Positions 1 to 10,630 of a stretch of DNA of 64,000 bases are shown piece by piece (the stretch's first letter is position 1; every line of letters begins with the position of its first letter). The translations under genes were made by a program, and so were the position numbers. Below the pieces are notes generated by a model, which made no database searches, was not told where the DNA came from, and saw only the letters and a program-made list of their open reading frames with translations. Origin of the DNA: Rhodanobacteraceae bacterium (lineage in GTDB: Bacteria > Pseudomonadota > Gammaproteobacteria > Xanthomonadales > SZUA-5); contig JANNYA010000199.1 of NCBI GenBank assembly GCA_031409855.1, positions 4,697-68,696 on the forward strand, read 5' to 3'.

Positions 1-967
1 TCGAACCGCTGAATGGGTTGTTGGTTTGCGCTAAAAACGTAGCGCCCGTTTGCGTTTGATTGGTAGCGCCGACAACCGCTCCAGAACCGGAAGCGGCCGA
101 GCCTGGCAAGCGGCAAGTGGGCGCGTCGAAGTTCCAGTAGACAAACAGTGATGGGGCATTTGCCGCAGTCACTCCGCAGTGCGTTGCGGTGATGTAGAGC
201 ATGCTGCGATCGTTGCTGGTGTTGTTCAACAGCGAGCCAGTGCAGACGCGGCTACCGCCGGTGCCTTGCGCGGCGACGGACCGGCGGTTGTTTTGCCACG
301 GGTCGTTCGCGCCTAGGCAAGCGACATCCATATTGCAGCTGCCTGAGGTTGGGGCGTTAACACTTTTGTCGCCGCCAGGCTTGCAACCGGGGCGGGGCGT
401 CAGATCTTTTGCACCAAAACCCCGATAACCCTGACCGATTTGTGTCAAGTGCAGTCGAAAATTATTGCGTTCGGATGCCGGTAGGCTAAGTTCAACGACG
501 GCGTCATTGCCTATAACCACCGGTGTCCAAAGTTGCCGATGTTCGTGATTGTTGGCGTCGGTATAAGGGCCAAAACGTGAGCTAAAGTCGGGCGAATACA
601 CCCAAAGCTCCGCACCCTTGGGCATGAAGTAATCGGTAAAACCAAAATTAAACGATGACGCTACATCAGAGCGCACACGGTAGCGCCAGACTTGTCGGCC
701 ATCAGCGGCAATTTCCCAAGTGCCCGCATTGTTCGGTGCGACGTCAACCGCTACGGGTAGGGCAAATCGCGGGGAAACGTCGTTCAAAACATCGCTCACG
801 TCTTGTGCCTGAATTTCAGTCAGATCCAGTGCTGGCAGTTGCCGCGCTGAAATTTTTTCAAGCGTTTTGAGTTCATATCTTGCTGCAAACGGTTGATCTG
901 AGGCAAAAAGATTAGCGCTCAACAACCCCATGAAGGCAAATTGCAGTCCTATTATTGACTTTGACAT
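1..967 (-). CDS. Secreted lysyl-endopeptidase-like S1 serine protease (N-terminal part; 3' end lies beyond the left window edge)
   Basis: Edge-open ORF that is absent from the supplied track. My minus-strand translation from ATG 967 gives MSKSIIGLQFAFMGLLSANLFA (signal peptide), then a propeptide, then TSGSCNMDVACLG..VCTGSLLNNTSNDRSMLYITATHCG..LFVYWNFDAPTCR..QTQTG. The GSCN-DV-C / CTGSL-NNT-NDR / TA-HCG / VYWN..TCR string parallels the mature N-terminus of Achromobacter protease I (Lys-C), including the catalytic His. Confidence 0.8.
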   Translation of the reverse strand, partial: MSKSIIGLQFAFMGLLSANLFASDQPFAARYELKTLEKISARQLPALDLTEIQAQDVSDVLNDVSPRFALPVAVDVAPNNAGTWEIAADGRQVWRYRVRSDVASSFNFGFTDYFMPKGAELWVYSPDFSSRFGPYTDANNHEHRQLWTPVVIGNDAVVELSLPASERNNFRLHLTQIGQGYRGFGAKDLTPRPGCKPGGDKSVNAPTSGSCNMDVACLGANDPWQNNRRSVAAQGTGGSRVCTGSLLNNTSNDRSMLYITATHCGVTAANAPSLFVYWNFDAPTCRLPGSAASGSGAVVGATNQTQTGATFLAQTNNPFSGS

Positions 968-1132
968 TGTTAACACCGCTCCGCTTTTAGAGGCGCGGAG
1001 TTTAGCGGCTTTCAGAGTGTAAAAAATGTATTTCCCAAAAAAAACACGAAGCGATCGCCGCTAGGCACCGAGCCGACATTTTTCAAAAACCGCGCAAAGT
1101 TAAGGCCAAGCTACCCACGGCACATTGTTCGC

Positions 1133-1357
1133 TTAGTCCTTCAAAATATATAACGCACCACAGTAAGGACACTTCTCGGTGCCCGTCGCTTCAATAGCCA
1201 ACATCACGCGCGGGTGCGAATTCCACAGCGTCATGCCCGGCATGGGGCAACTTAGCGGCAAGTCAGCGCGGGTAACGTGGTAAATGTTTTTTTCGTTCGC
1301 GGGAGTCTCGCCGATAAGGCGAGTCATTTTTTGCTCAAGCGTATTGGCACGGGGCAT
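1133..1357 (-). CDS. Small zinc-ribbon (zf-CHCC-like) protein
   Basis: 74-aa ORF with paired Cys motifs (LSCPMPG ... KCPYCG), the pattern of small COG4391-type zinc-finger proteins. Divergent from tmk. Confidence 0.6.
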   Translation of the reverse strand: MPRANTLEQKMTRLIGETPANEKNIYHVTRADLPLSCPMPGMTLWNSHPRVMLAIEATGTEKCPYCGALYILKD

Positions 1358-1439
1358 GGTGCAACCTTTAGGTTTTTGGCGGGCTAAAGTGTACGCTGCG
1401 CATCTTATTTACGCACCGTCATTGGCTGGCCCAGTTGCA

Positions 1440-2090
1440 ATGTCAAACGTACCCTTGTTCAAAAAGGCCATGAAAGCAAAATTGATCGTCATTGAAGGCC
1501 CGGACGGCGCTGGCAAATCCACCCTGCAACGCGGCTTAGCCGCCAAGTTGTCGGCCCAGGGCATGACTGTTGTGCAAAGTCGCGAACCTACGAACGGCCC
1601 ACACGGCACCGCCTTGCGACTAGCGGCGCTGAGCAAGCGCTTAGCGCCTGAGCTAGAGCTTGAGCTGTTGCTAAAAGATCGACGTGCGCATGTGGATACT
1701 GTGATCGCACCGGCGTTGGCGCGGGGCGATTGGGTGATTTTGGATCGCTATTATTTTTCCACGATTGCCTATCAAGGTGCGGCCGGGTTGGATTTAGCGA
1801 TGTTGCAAGCAGTCAACGAGGAATTTGCGCCGCCACCCGATGTGCTGTTGCTGCTGGATTTACCTGTTGCGGAGTCGCTCGAACGCATCAAAGCTCGTGG
1901 CTTGGTGAGTGATGAATTTGAGCGCCCAAGTACGCTCAAACGCGTACGGGAAATTTTTCTAAGCTTTGCAAACCTGCCCTACGCAATGGTTTTGGATGCG
2001 TGCCTGCCACCCGAGCTGTTATTGGATGCGGCGTGCAGGGTGATAACGCATGAATTGAGACTGGGCGCGGGCGCTAGCCCAACAAATTAG
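1440..2090 (+). CDS. tmk: Thymidylate kinase
   Basis: P-loop IEGPDGAGKST and ILDRYYFSTIAYQGA motif, with typical length. The track ORF starts at 1284, but that extension overlaps the divergent gene. ATG 1440 (MSNVPLF) or ATG 1470 (MKAKLIVIEG) are the realistic starts. Confidence 0.9.
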   Translation: MSNVPLFKKAMKAKLIVIEGPDGAGKSTLQRGLAAKLSAQGMTVVQSREPTNGPHGTALRLAALSKRLAPELELELLLKDRRAHVDTVIAPALARGDWVILDRYYFSTIAYQGAAGLDLAMLQAVNEEFAPPPDVLLLLDLPVAESLERIKARGLVSDEFERPSTLKRVREIFLSFANLPYAMVLDACLPPELLLDAACRVITHELRLGAGASPTN

Positions 2091-2127
2091 CGTGTACCCC
2101 TTTTGGACACACACTAAACCCATAAAA

Positions 2128-2149
2128 AAACCCGCTGTTATGCGGGTTT
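2128..2149. terminator. Hairpin after tmk (weak intrinsic terminator)
   Basis: Stem aaacccgc / gcgggttt with a 6-nt loop (tgttat). There is an A-run on the left and a short T-run on the right. It lies 38 nt after the tmk stop. Confidence 0.5.
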
Positions 2150-2182
2150 GTGGACTTGCTTGGATGCTTTTGAATCGGTTTT

Positions 2183-2239
2183 TGGTGCCCCGAGCAGGAA
2201 TCCGAATCGAACCTGCGGCCTTCCCCTTAGAGAGGGGGC
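2183..2239 (-). repeat. Degenerate partial copy of the 3' half of tRNA-Arg (att-like direct repeat, non-functional)
   Basis: tggtgccccgagcaggaat[ccgaat]cgaacctgcggccttccccttag[a]gaggggg matches 3207-3255 of the intact tRNA except for a 6-nt insertion in the T-arm and a 1-nt insertion. There is no 5' acceptor strand or D-arm upstream. Same orientation as the real tRNA. Confidence 0.8.
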
Positions 2240-2341
2240 AGACTGACCGCCATTTTTAAGCTTAAAACCTTGGCGTGTGCAATTACGTGTTTCTCGCGTC
2301 AATTGCGACTTTTGCGCTGAACAATAAAGGGCCAAAAGCCG

Positions 2342-2764
2342 CTAGGCCATTGCCACAACTAGGCGTTTTCCCAATGCAGCCGCCGCGCGCTCAAGCTGTT
2401 TGAGCGTTGGGTTGCTCCTAGCCTGTTCGAGCCTTTGTGCGGCTGGCCAGGATGTGTGTAAGGCGCGGGCAAGATCAGCTAAAGATTTGCCCTGAGCCTC
2501 CCGCACGCCGCGTACCAACAAGGCTGCCTGCACCGAGGCCGCAGGCTCAATCCACTCACCCCCCTTTACTTTGCTGGCGGCGGGGATCGCCTCGCCGTCT
2601 TCCATGCGTTGCTCTAAACACAAAGTCAGAACCTCGGCAGCATTGAACAAGGCTGCATCGCGATCATCGCCTTCGGTGATGGCTTCAGGGATGTCGGGAA
2701 AGGTGACGGTAAACCCGCCTTCAGGCTGGGCGGCCAGCACGGCGGCAAATCGAATATTGTTCAT
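2342..2764 (-). CDS. hicB: HicB-family antitoxin (N-terminal HicB fold + C-terminal HTH)
   Basis: 140 aa. Contains FTVTFPDIPEAITEGDD (HicB-like N-domain) and KSLADLARALHTSWPAAQRLE (HTH). It has a 4-nt ATGA overlap with the upstream hicA. Confidence 0.85.
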   Translation of the reverse strand: MNNIRFAAVLAAQPEGGFTVTFPDIPEAITEGDDRDAALFNAAEVLTLCLEQRMEDGEAIPAASKVKGGEWIEPAASVQAALLVRGVREAQGKSLADLARALHTSWPAAQRLEQARSNPTLKQLERAAAALGKRLVVAMA

Positions 2765-2946
2765 TTAAGTTTGACTCCAGCCTGTTTCTCAATGCTCTTG
2801 AACGTGCCAATTTTCACGTCAGCAGAACCATGCACGGGAACCGTCACCTTGCACTGGCCATTGGAAAGGATGTGGTGACTGCCGCTGATGCGGATCAGTT
2901 TGAACCCATTGGCTACCAGCGCTTTGATGATTTGTTTACCGTTCAC
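2761..2946 (-). CDS. hicA: HicA mRNA-interferase toxin
   Basis: 61 aa with a GTG start. GKQIIKALVANGFKLIRISGSHHIL..VTVPVHGSADVKIGTFKSIEKQAGV is the canonical HicA pattern. Confidence 0.85.
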   Translation of the reverse strand: MNGKQIIKALVANGFKLIRISGSHHILSNGQCKVTVPVHGSADVKIGTFKSIEKQAGVKLK

Positions 2947-2950
2947 GGTT

Positions 2951-2983
2951 TCTAGTACATATCATAAAAGATACATTACTAGA
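2951..2983. promoter_or_regulatory. Palindrome just upstream of hicA (candidate HicB operator)
   Basis: tctagta-N19-tactaga: perfect 7-bp arms located 5-37 nt upstream of the hicA start codon. The function is inferred only. Confidence 0.3.
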
Positions 2984-3206
2984 CTGTAAAGGAGCAGGAG
3001 TTTGCACAAATTAGCAACTTGCGAAATTCGTTAGAATGGACTTCATGCTTGAGTAAATCGCTCTACCTGCGTCAGTTCGCGCCGGTGACTGAAATCAAAG
3101 CGCTGGTTGCCAGATAGGCCGTGTGCAATTGTGCAATTCAGTCTGTAATTTGATAGCAAACCATAGAGAACGATTGTTTTCCATGGCGCTGTAAGTGCTT
3201 GATTAT

Positions 3207-3282
3207 TGGTGCCCCGAGCAGGAATCGAACCTGCGGCCTTCCCCTTAGGAGGGGGACGCTCTATCCACTGGGCTACCGGGGC
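3207..3282 (-). tRNA. tRNA-Arg (anticodon CCU)
   Basis: The reverse complement reads GCCCCGGTAGCCCAGTGGATAGAGCGTCCCCCTCCTAAGGGGAAGGCCGCAGGTTCGATTCCTGCTCGGGGCACCA. It has a 7-bp acceptor stem (one G-U), anticodon loop CU-CCU-AA, GGTTCGATTCC T-loop and an encoded CCA. Confidence 0.95.
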
Positions 3283-3340
3283 GAATACGGGAGTGTACGA
3301 GAAAGTGCCCCAATTTCGCTTTTCGATGCAACTTTTTTAT

Positions 3341-3946
3341 TTAGTTGAAGCGGAATTCGGCGACAATGGAGAGCGCTGGAAAGTCTACTTCAAGCGTGCG
3401 ACTGGCGGCGCCTACTGAACCGGAAAAAACTTGCTCAGCTTGGTAGCGCGAATAATTGACCGCCATGCTGAAGTCCTTAGTCATATCATAGCCCGCACCT
3501 AAGCTGAAAAACGGTCGTGTACCCGATGCAGTGAATGGCCGAGTCGCGGTACCAAATGTTTCCTTGCCTTCGACATCGAAATTGGCAATGCCAAATCGAC
3601 CCTCAAGATAAAATCCCTGAACTTGATCGGGTTGCAAATTGGTGCGGCCGCTCAAGGCAACGGTTAGCGCATCAGCGTTCAATTCGGTGGGTACAGAAAC
3701 CGTGCCGGCAAACGATCCAAGGTCGCGAAACCCGAGTTCAGCACCAAAATTTTCGGTAAAGCGCCAGCCGACGTCGATGCCTACTAGGCTGCTGGAGTCT
3801 TTGATATTTTGCTCATCGACATCGGAACGCCCAATTTCGCCACGAACATAAAGCCCTTCGCGCGCTTGCGCTGCATTGGCTAAGGAGATTGCGAGCACGA
3901 TGGCAAGTGCTGATTTCAATCTAATGCGGGGTGACGCTGTTTTCAT
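3341..3946 (-). CDS. Small outer-membrane beta-barrel protein (OmpA-like/OMP_b-brl type)
   Basis: Start moved to ATG 3946 (AAGGA Shine-Dalgarno (SD) sequence upstream). Signal peptide MKTASPRIRLKSALAIVLAISLANAAQA, alternating hydrophobic beta-strand pattern, and a C-terminal aromatic strand ..IVAEFRFN. Confidence 0.75.
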   Translation of the reverse strand: MKTASPRIRLKSALAIVLAISLANAAQAREGLYVRGEIGRSDVDEQNIKDSSSLVGIDVGWRFTENFGAELGFRDLGSFAGTVSVPTELNADALTVALSGRTNLQPDQVQGFYLEGRFGIANFDVEGKETFGTATRPFTASGTRPFFSLGAGYDMTKDFSMAVNYSRYQAEQVFSGSVGAASRTLEVDFPALSIVAEFRFN

Positions 3947-4055
3947 GCTTGTCCTTTGAATAAGTTTGGTTTCATTGTTGCAATAATCGGCGTCGCTGAT
4001 ACCAGCTAAAGTTGAAGTAATACGTGGAGAGTAACTTGAGCCAACACAGAGCAAG

Positions 4056-4622
4056 TTAAAAGCCATAAGTTCCTATTGCTGCCATTTGGATCAATTTTGC
4101 GAGTTTGCTGGCATCTGCGCAAAGCTCGACGGGGAATCCATTCTCGCCCGCTTTCAGTACGCGCAGTTGAAAATTAAAAGCACCGGCGCTGAACTCAAAG
4201 CGGGTGCGCCGAACGCCTCCTTTAAGTGTTTCAACTTGCTGTGCAGGAATATTGAGTTCAAACAGCCGTGTTTGCAGTCGCTCGGCATGTTCGCAGCGGC
4301 ATTCAAACTGAATAGCGCTACCCGCTGGCGCACTGCCATCCACAATGCCGCCCACTGCACGCGGCTGAAACTCGCTGAAAAACGCGATGGCTTCGAGCGC
4401 AGCAAGGCGCATTGATGCAATTCTGCCGGCTCGATCTGGGTCAAATAGCTCCAATCGAGCCAATAGCGCTAAGCGTACTTGTTCAGGCTTGGGCCAGCGC
4501 GTTGGCGACAAATCTAAGCGCTTCGCCGCGCGACGCAATGCATCATTTACGTCTTCAATGCGCTCTAACTGCATTAGCGTTGCTGCGCATTCGACTAGGG
4601 CGGCGGTTTTATCGCTAGACAT
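4056..4622 (-). CDS. Conserved-looking hypothetical protein (188 aa)
   Basis: Clean ORF with balanced composition. No motif that I recognise. Confidence 0.5.
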   Translation of the reverse strand: MSSDKTAALVECAATLMQLERIEDVNDALRRAAKRLDLSPTRWPKPEQVRLALLARLELFDPDRAGRIASMRLAALEAIAFFSEFQPRAVGGIVDGSAPAGSAIQFECRCEHAERLQTRLFELNIPAQQVETLKGGVRRTRFEFSAGAFNFQLRVLKAGENGFPVELCADASKLAKLIQMAAIGTYGF

Positions 4623-4668
4623 TTTATGCGCTTACAAAAAAACTTTCTAAAACAGCTTACTAAAATAA

Positions 4669-7164
4669 CTAAAATAATTCATAAGGGTCGCTTTCGCTTT
4701 GCGTGTTGGTCGCGCCAAGTGAGCTGCCTAGCTTGCTTAAGTCCTCCGTGCGAAAAACTTCCATAATCCCCGAGGGGTCAGCAGCGCTAGTCAGCAGGCC
4801 ATTATTGCCATTGATGCGCGCTGTGGTTACGCCGCTCGGTTGTTCAAGGATTTCTTCAGGTTTGCCTTCAACTGCGGCGCGCATAAAATCCATCCACATC
4901 GGTAGCGCCGCTTTACCACCAAACTCGCCATCGCCAAGTGAGCTAAAATCATCGAAGCCCACCCAGGCACTCGCAACCATGTGCGCGCTAAATCCAGAGA
5001 ACCAAGCGTCACGGTGGTCATTCGTCGTGCCAGTTTTGCCGGCCAAATCATTGCGACCAAGCGCCATGGCTTTCATGCCCGTGCCACGCTTAATGACGTC
5101 ACGCATCATCGTGGTGATGATGTAAGCGTTGCGCTCATCAATGGCACGTGGCGCAAGCACAATCCCACTTGCTACCTTGATAGGTTGGGTTTCGCTGGCT
5201 GCAAGTTCGCCGCTGTCGTTTTGTTGCTCAGTTTCGCTTTCCAAGGACTGTTCAGCGGCTGCGCGCGCAAGATCTTGGCGATCAAGCTCAACTTCAAGGC
5301 GCTCTGGGCATAGTCTGCAGGCGCGCGGCGCGTTGGCATCAAAAATCACCTTGCCAGTATTGTCTTCGATTTGCGAAATGAGATGCGGTGTTACTAAAAA
5401 GCCAGAGTTGGCGAATACGGCATAGCCGCGCGACATGGCAATGGGGGGCGCAGAGCTTGTGCCCAGTGCCATTGACAGATTTTCCGGCAAAGATTGCGCA
5501 GAGAAGCCGAATTTTTGTATGAAGCGGCGCGCATATTTTACGCCAATGGCGTCTAACAGCCGCACCGACACCAAGTTCCGTGACGTCACCATGGCTTCGC
5601 GCATGCGTGTTGGGCCACCGAATTTTTCATCGGAATTTTGTGGCTTCCAAACTTTGTCGACCGAAGCGTCTTCATACACTAGGGGCGCATCGTTGATGAT
5701 GGAGGCGGTAGTAAAACCTTTTTCTAACGCCGCAGAATAGACAAACGGCTTAAAGCTCGATCCCGGTTGACGCAGGCTTTGTGTGGCGCGGTTGAACTTA
5801 CTCAAGCCAAACGAGTAACCGCCAACGAGCGCGCGAATGGCACCGTTCTCCGGGTCCATTGCTGTAAATGCGCCTTGCACTAATGGAATTTGCGCGAGTT
5901 GCCAGTTGCCCTCCGGCGTACGCGAAACCCGAACGATATCCCCAGGCTGCACCACCTCTGTAAAACTTTTCGGCTCAGCCCCGACATAGCCTTCAGATTT
6001 ATACCGCCGCGCCCATTTGGCGCTGGAAAATGGCACCGTTACATCTTGGCCATCGTTTAGATGTAGCGTTAATTCTTGCGCGCCGACGGCAGTGGCGACG
6101 CCCGCTGTAAGCCCGTTGACCGTCCAGAAGGGCTCTAATGCGCGATCTAGCTCGACTGGCGAGGACAATAGTGCTGGATCGATTTTTGCCTCGGCGCCAC
6201 GCCAGCCATGGCGGCGATCATAACTTTCCAATGCACTAGCGACAGATGCTGAAGCGGCGTTCTGCATCGTTGCCTCAACCGTGGTGATAACCCGATAGCC
6301 ACCCGTTTGGGCTTTTTCGGAACCAAGAGTTTTTTCGACTTCAAGACGCGCCATCTCAGCGATGTAGGGTGCTTCCAACTCCACTGGCGGGCTGTGCAGC
6401 GTTGCAAGATCAGGCTCCGCGAGCGCTGACTTCAGCTGTGCTGCGTTCACATAGCGTTCTTCAAACATACGCTGCAGCACGTAATTTCGACGTTCGATTG
6501 CCGCGGTGGGGTTGTGGATAGGGTTGAGTTCGCTCGGTGCTTTCGGTAGTGCAGCCAGCATGGCGCATTCCGAAACACTGAGTTGATCTAAAGTTTTGCC
6601 GTAATACACTTCCGCCGCTGCCGCGACGCCATAGGCGCGCTGGCCAAGGAAAATTTTATTGAGATATAGCTCCAAAATTTCATCTTTACTCATCGATCGC
6701 TCCAAGCGAATCGCGGTAAAGATCTCAATTATTTTGCGCTTAAATGTCTTTTCGTTACTCAAGTACAGGCCACGCGCCAGTTGCTGGGTTATGGTGCTGC
6801 CACCTACGCCTTTTTCGCCTGTGGTCACAATTTCCCACAGGGCGCGCGCAATTCCTTTGGGATCTATGCCGTAGTGCTTGTAAAAACTGCCGTCTTCGAC
6901 AGCAATAAAGGCGTGGCGTAAACCACTGGGTATACGCTCAATCGGCATGGGATTGCGCCGTGTTTCGCCAAAACTCGCAATCAGCAAGCCCTCAGACGAA
7001 ACGATTTTTAGAGGCACTTGTAGTTCAATGTGCCTAGCACTTGCCACGTCAGGCAGGTCTTTGGATACATACCAATAGGTGCCCGCCACGCCGAGTACTG
7101 CGATGACCACACCTGCGAGCGACACATAAAAAAATAATTTCAACAATTTTTTGAGCTTTGGCAT
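4669..7164 (-). CDS. mrcA: Penicillin-binding protein 1A (bifunctional transglycosylase/transpeptidase)
   Basis: Start set at MPKLKKLLKLFF (7164), followed by a TM helix. GT51 motifs AVEDGSFYKHYGID, GGSTITQQLAR and RKIIE; transpeptidase motifs SSFKP and KTGTT. Divergent from pilM as in Pseudomonas. Confidence 0.95.
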   Translation of the reverse strand: MPKLKKLLKLFFYVSLAGVVIAVLGVAGTYWYVSKDLPDVASARHIELQVPLKIVSSEGLLIASFGETRRNPMPIERIPSGLRHAFIAVEDGSFYKHYGIDPKGIARALWEIVTTGEKGVGGSTITQQLARGLYLSNEKTFKRKIIEIFTAIRLERSMSKDEILELYLNKIFLGQRAYGVAAAAEVYYGKTLDQLSVSECAMLAALPKAPSELNPIHNPTAAIERRNYVLQRMFEERYVNAAQLKSALAEPDLATLHSPPVELEAPYIAEMARLEVEKTLGSEKAQTGGYRVITTVEATMQNAASASVASALESYDRRHGWRGAEAKIDPALLSSPVELDRALEPFWTVNGLTAGVATAVGAQELTLHLNDGQDVTVPFSSAKWARRYKSEGYVGAEPKSFTEVVQPGDIVRVSRTPEGNWQLAQIPLVQGAFTAMDPENGAIRALVGGYSFGLSKFNRATQSLRQPGSSFKPFVYSAALEKGFTTASIINDAPLVYEDASVDKVWKPQNSDEKFGGPTRMREAMVTSRNLVSVRLLDAIGVKYARRFIQKFGFSAQSLPENLSMALGTSSAPPIAMSRGYAVFANSGFLVTPHLISQIEDNTGKVIFDANAPRACRLCPERLEVELDRQDLARAAAEQSLESETEQQNDSGELAASETQPIKVASGIVLAPRAIDERNAYIITTMMRDVIKRGTGMKAMALGRNDLAGKTGTTNDHRDAWFSGFSAHMVASAWVGFDDFSSLGDGEFGGKAALPMWMDFMRAAVEGKPEEILEQPSGVTTARINGNNGLLTSAADPSGIMEVFRTEDLSKLGSSLGATNTQSESDPYELF

Positions 7165-7574
7165 GTGTGCACGATCTGTCCAGAAGCCGCTTAGTATAGG
7201 CAACATCTCTGAATAGACCTGTGGCAGCATGCAGGCAAATCTTTGCCAGTGGCCACTTATAAAAAACGGATAAACAGCGCGTGTTAGATCACCTTACAAA
7301 AACGTTTTAACTCTTTGAAAACAATGTCTTTATTGCTATGCAGGTGGGTCGTTCTACGTGTGAAATTTCGTGGTTAAATGTAAACATGCAGCGTGTGCAA
7401 ATTGATCACAATCGTTAAGTTTACCTTCGGCGAAAAGCCACGAATCAGTGCCCACTGTTGCACGCAGTAGCGAGTATGCCCGTAAGTTCTTTTTGCATAT
7501 CAATGGCATGGCGCACACTCTTTGAGTAAATTCTTAGTTGCCAGCGGCGCAACTTTGGTATTTAATGCGGTTAA

Positions 7575-9402
<1,828 letters not shown>

Positions 9403-9406
<4 letters not shown>

Positions 9407-10059
9407 ACGTTGTTCAAGAATTGCAGCGCGTAAATTGGCAAAATCCCGGGACACTATCGAGTGCTGCCCGAATAACGGTTGCGTTAGGTGCGTTGATATT
9501 GATTTGTGTCTTGGGTTGGTATTTTATGATCCAAGATAAAATCACTAACCACGATGCGCTTGAAGCAAATGAGCTTACTTTGCGAGCTGACTTTGCTACT
9601 CGCCAGAAGAAGGCGGCAAATCTTGAGCCTTTGAAAGAGCAGCTTATCACCATGAACGCAATGCTCGAGCAAATGCTGAAGCAGCTGCCAAGCAAGACTC
9701 AGTTAGCGGATTTGCTCGTAAATGTTTCTGAGCAAGCATTGTCCGCAGGAATACAGGTGAGATTGTTTCAACCGCAGACAGAGTCGGTCAAAGAGTTTTA
9801 TGCGGAAAAGCCGATACTTTTGCGGATGGTTGGCAACTACAACCAATTCGGGAACTTTGTTAGCGGTGTGGCAACCCTGCCCCGCGTAGTTATACTGACC
9901 ATGCATGATATCGCGATTAAACCAGCGACAGATCAAATGGATTTAGCGCCAGGATCTCTTATATTGGAAGGTACAGTAAAAACTTACCGATACTTGGATG
10001 AGGACGAAGCGGCCGCACAAGCGGCAGCTGAAGCCGGTGTTGTTGCGCCCGTGCGCTAG
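9403..10059 (+). CDS. pilO: Type IV pilus assembly protein PilO
   Basis: ATGA overlap with pilN. TM helix, coiled-coil and a C-terminal ferredoxin-like part; also supported by position in the operon. Confidence 0.9.
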
Positions 10060-10071
10060 GAGTATAGCCAA

Positions 10072-10617
10072 ATGAACAAAACAGAAGCGATTTGGAAAGC
10101 GTTGGGGCTTTGTATTTCGATCACCGCATTAGGCGCGTGCACAAAGCCGTTTTCTGACGTGCAGAAATACGTTGACGATACTCTGAAGTTAGATCCACCG
10201 TTACTCGAACAAATTCCTGCAATTAAGATATTTCCAATCCGAGAATATCCAATCGGTGGCTTGCGTGATCCGTTTGCTACCGAGTCGGACTTGTTAACGG
10301 AAGAAAGTCAAATTGAAACTCTCGCGAATGATCCTGATTGCCCAGACTTAACTCGGATACCAGAAACGCTGGAGGGTTTTCCATTGGACGCGCTGGACAT
10401 GGTTGGGACGATGGGGCAGGGCGTTGACTACTTCGGCCTTATCAAAGATCCAGAAGGTATCGTGCATCGGGTTCAAGTAAATAATTACATCGGCCAGAGT
10501 TATGGCCAGATCTTGTCAATCGCGGAAGACAAGATTGAGCTAGAAGAGCGCGTAAAAGACGGAAATGGTTGTGAGCGTAAGACGCAATCCATTTCCCTCG
10601 CTGACAATAATAACTAA
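10072..10617 (+). CDS. pilP: Type IV pilus assembly lipoprotein PilP
   Basis: Lipobox ITALGAC. Size and position between pilO and pilQ fit PilP. Confidence 0.85.
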   Translation: MNKTEAIWKALGLCISITALGACTKPFSDVQKYVDDTLKLDPPLLEQIPAIKIFPIREYPIGGLRDPFATESDLLTEESQIETLANDPDCPDLTRIPETLEGFPLDALDMVGTMGQGVDYFGLIKDPEGIVHRVQVNNYIGQSYGQILSIAEDKIELEERVKDGNGCERKTQSISLADNNN

Positions 10618-10630
10618 GGTAGGGCTTGAG

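Noticed and set aside
1284-1439. Long N-terminal extensions in the ORF track (tmk 1284; OMP 4066; PBP1A 7230; pilQ 10565; MFS 18529; proS 25412; VOC 36477; MoxR 51407; A2M 52296)
   Set aside because: The extensions overlap neighbouring genes or terminators, or precede obvious signal peptides or conserved N-termini. Internal starts with SD sequences fit better.
3119-3137. Tandem gtgcaatt-gtgcaatt next to the tRNA, and a similar gtgtgcaatt at 2273
   Set aside because: It is too short (8 nt x2) and is not positioned equivalently relative to the two tRNA-derived repeats, so it is probably chance.
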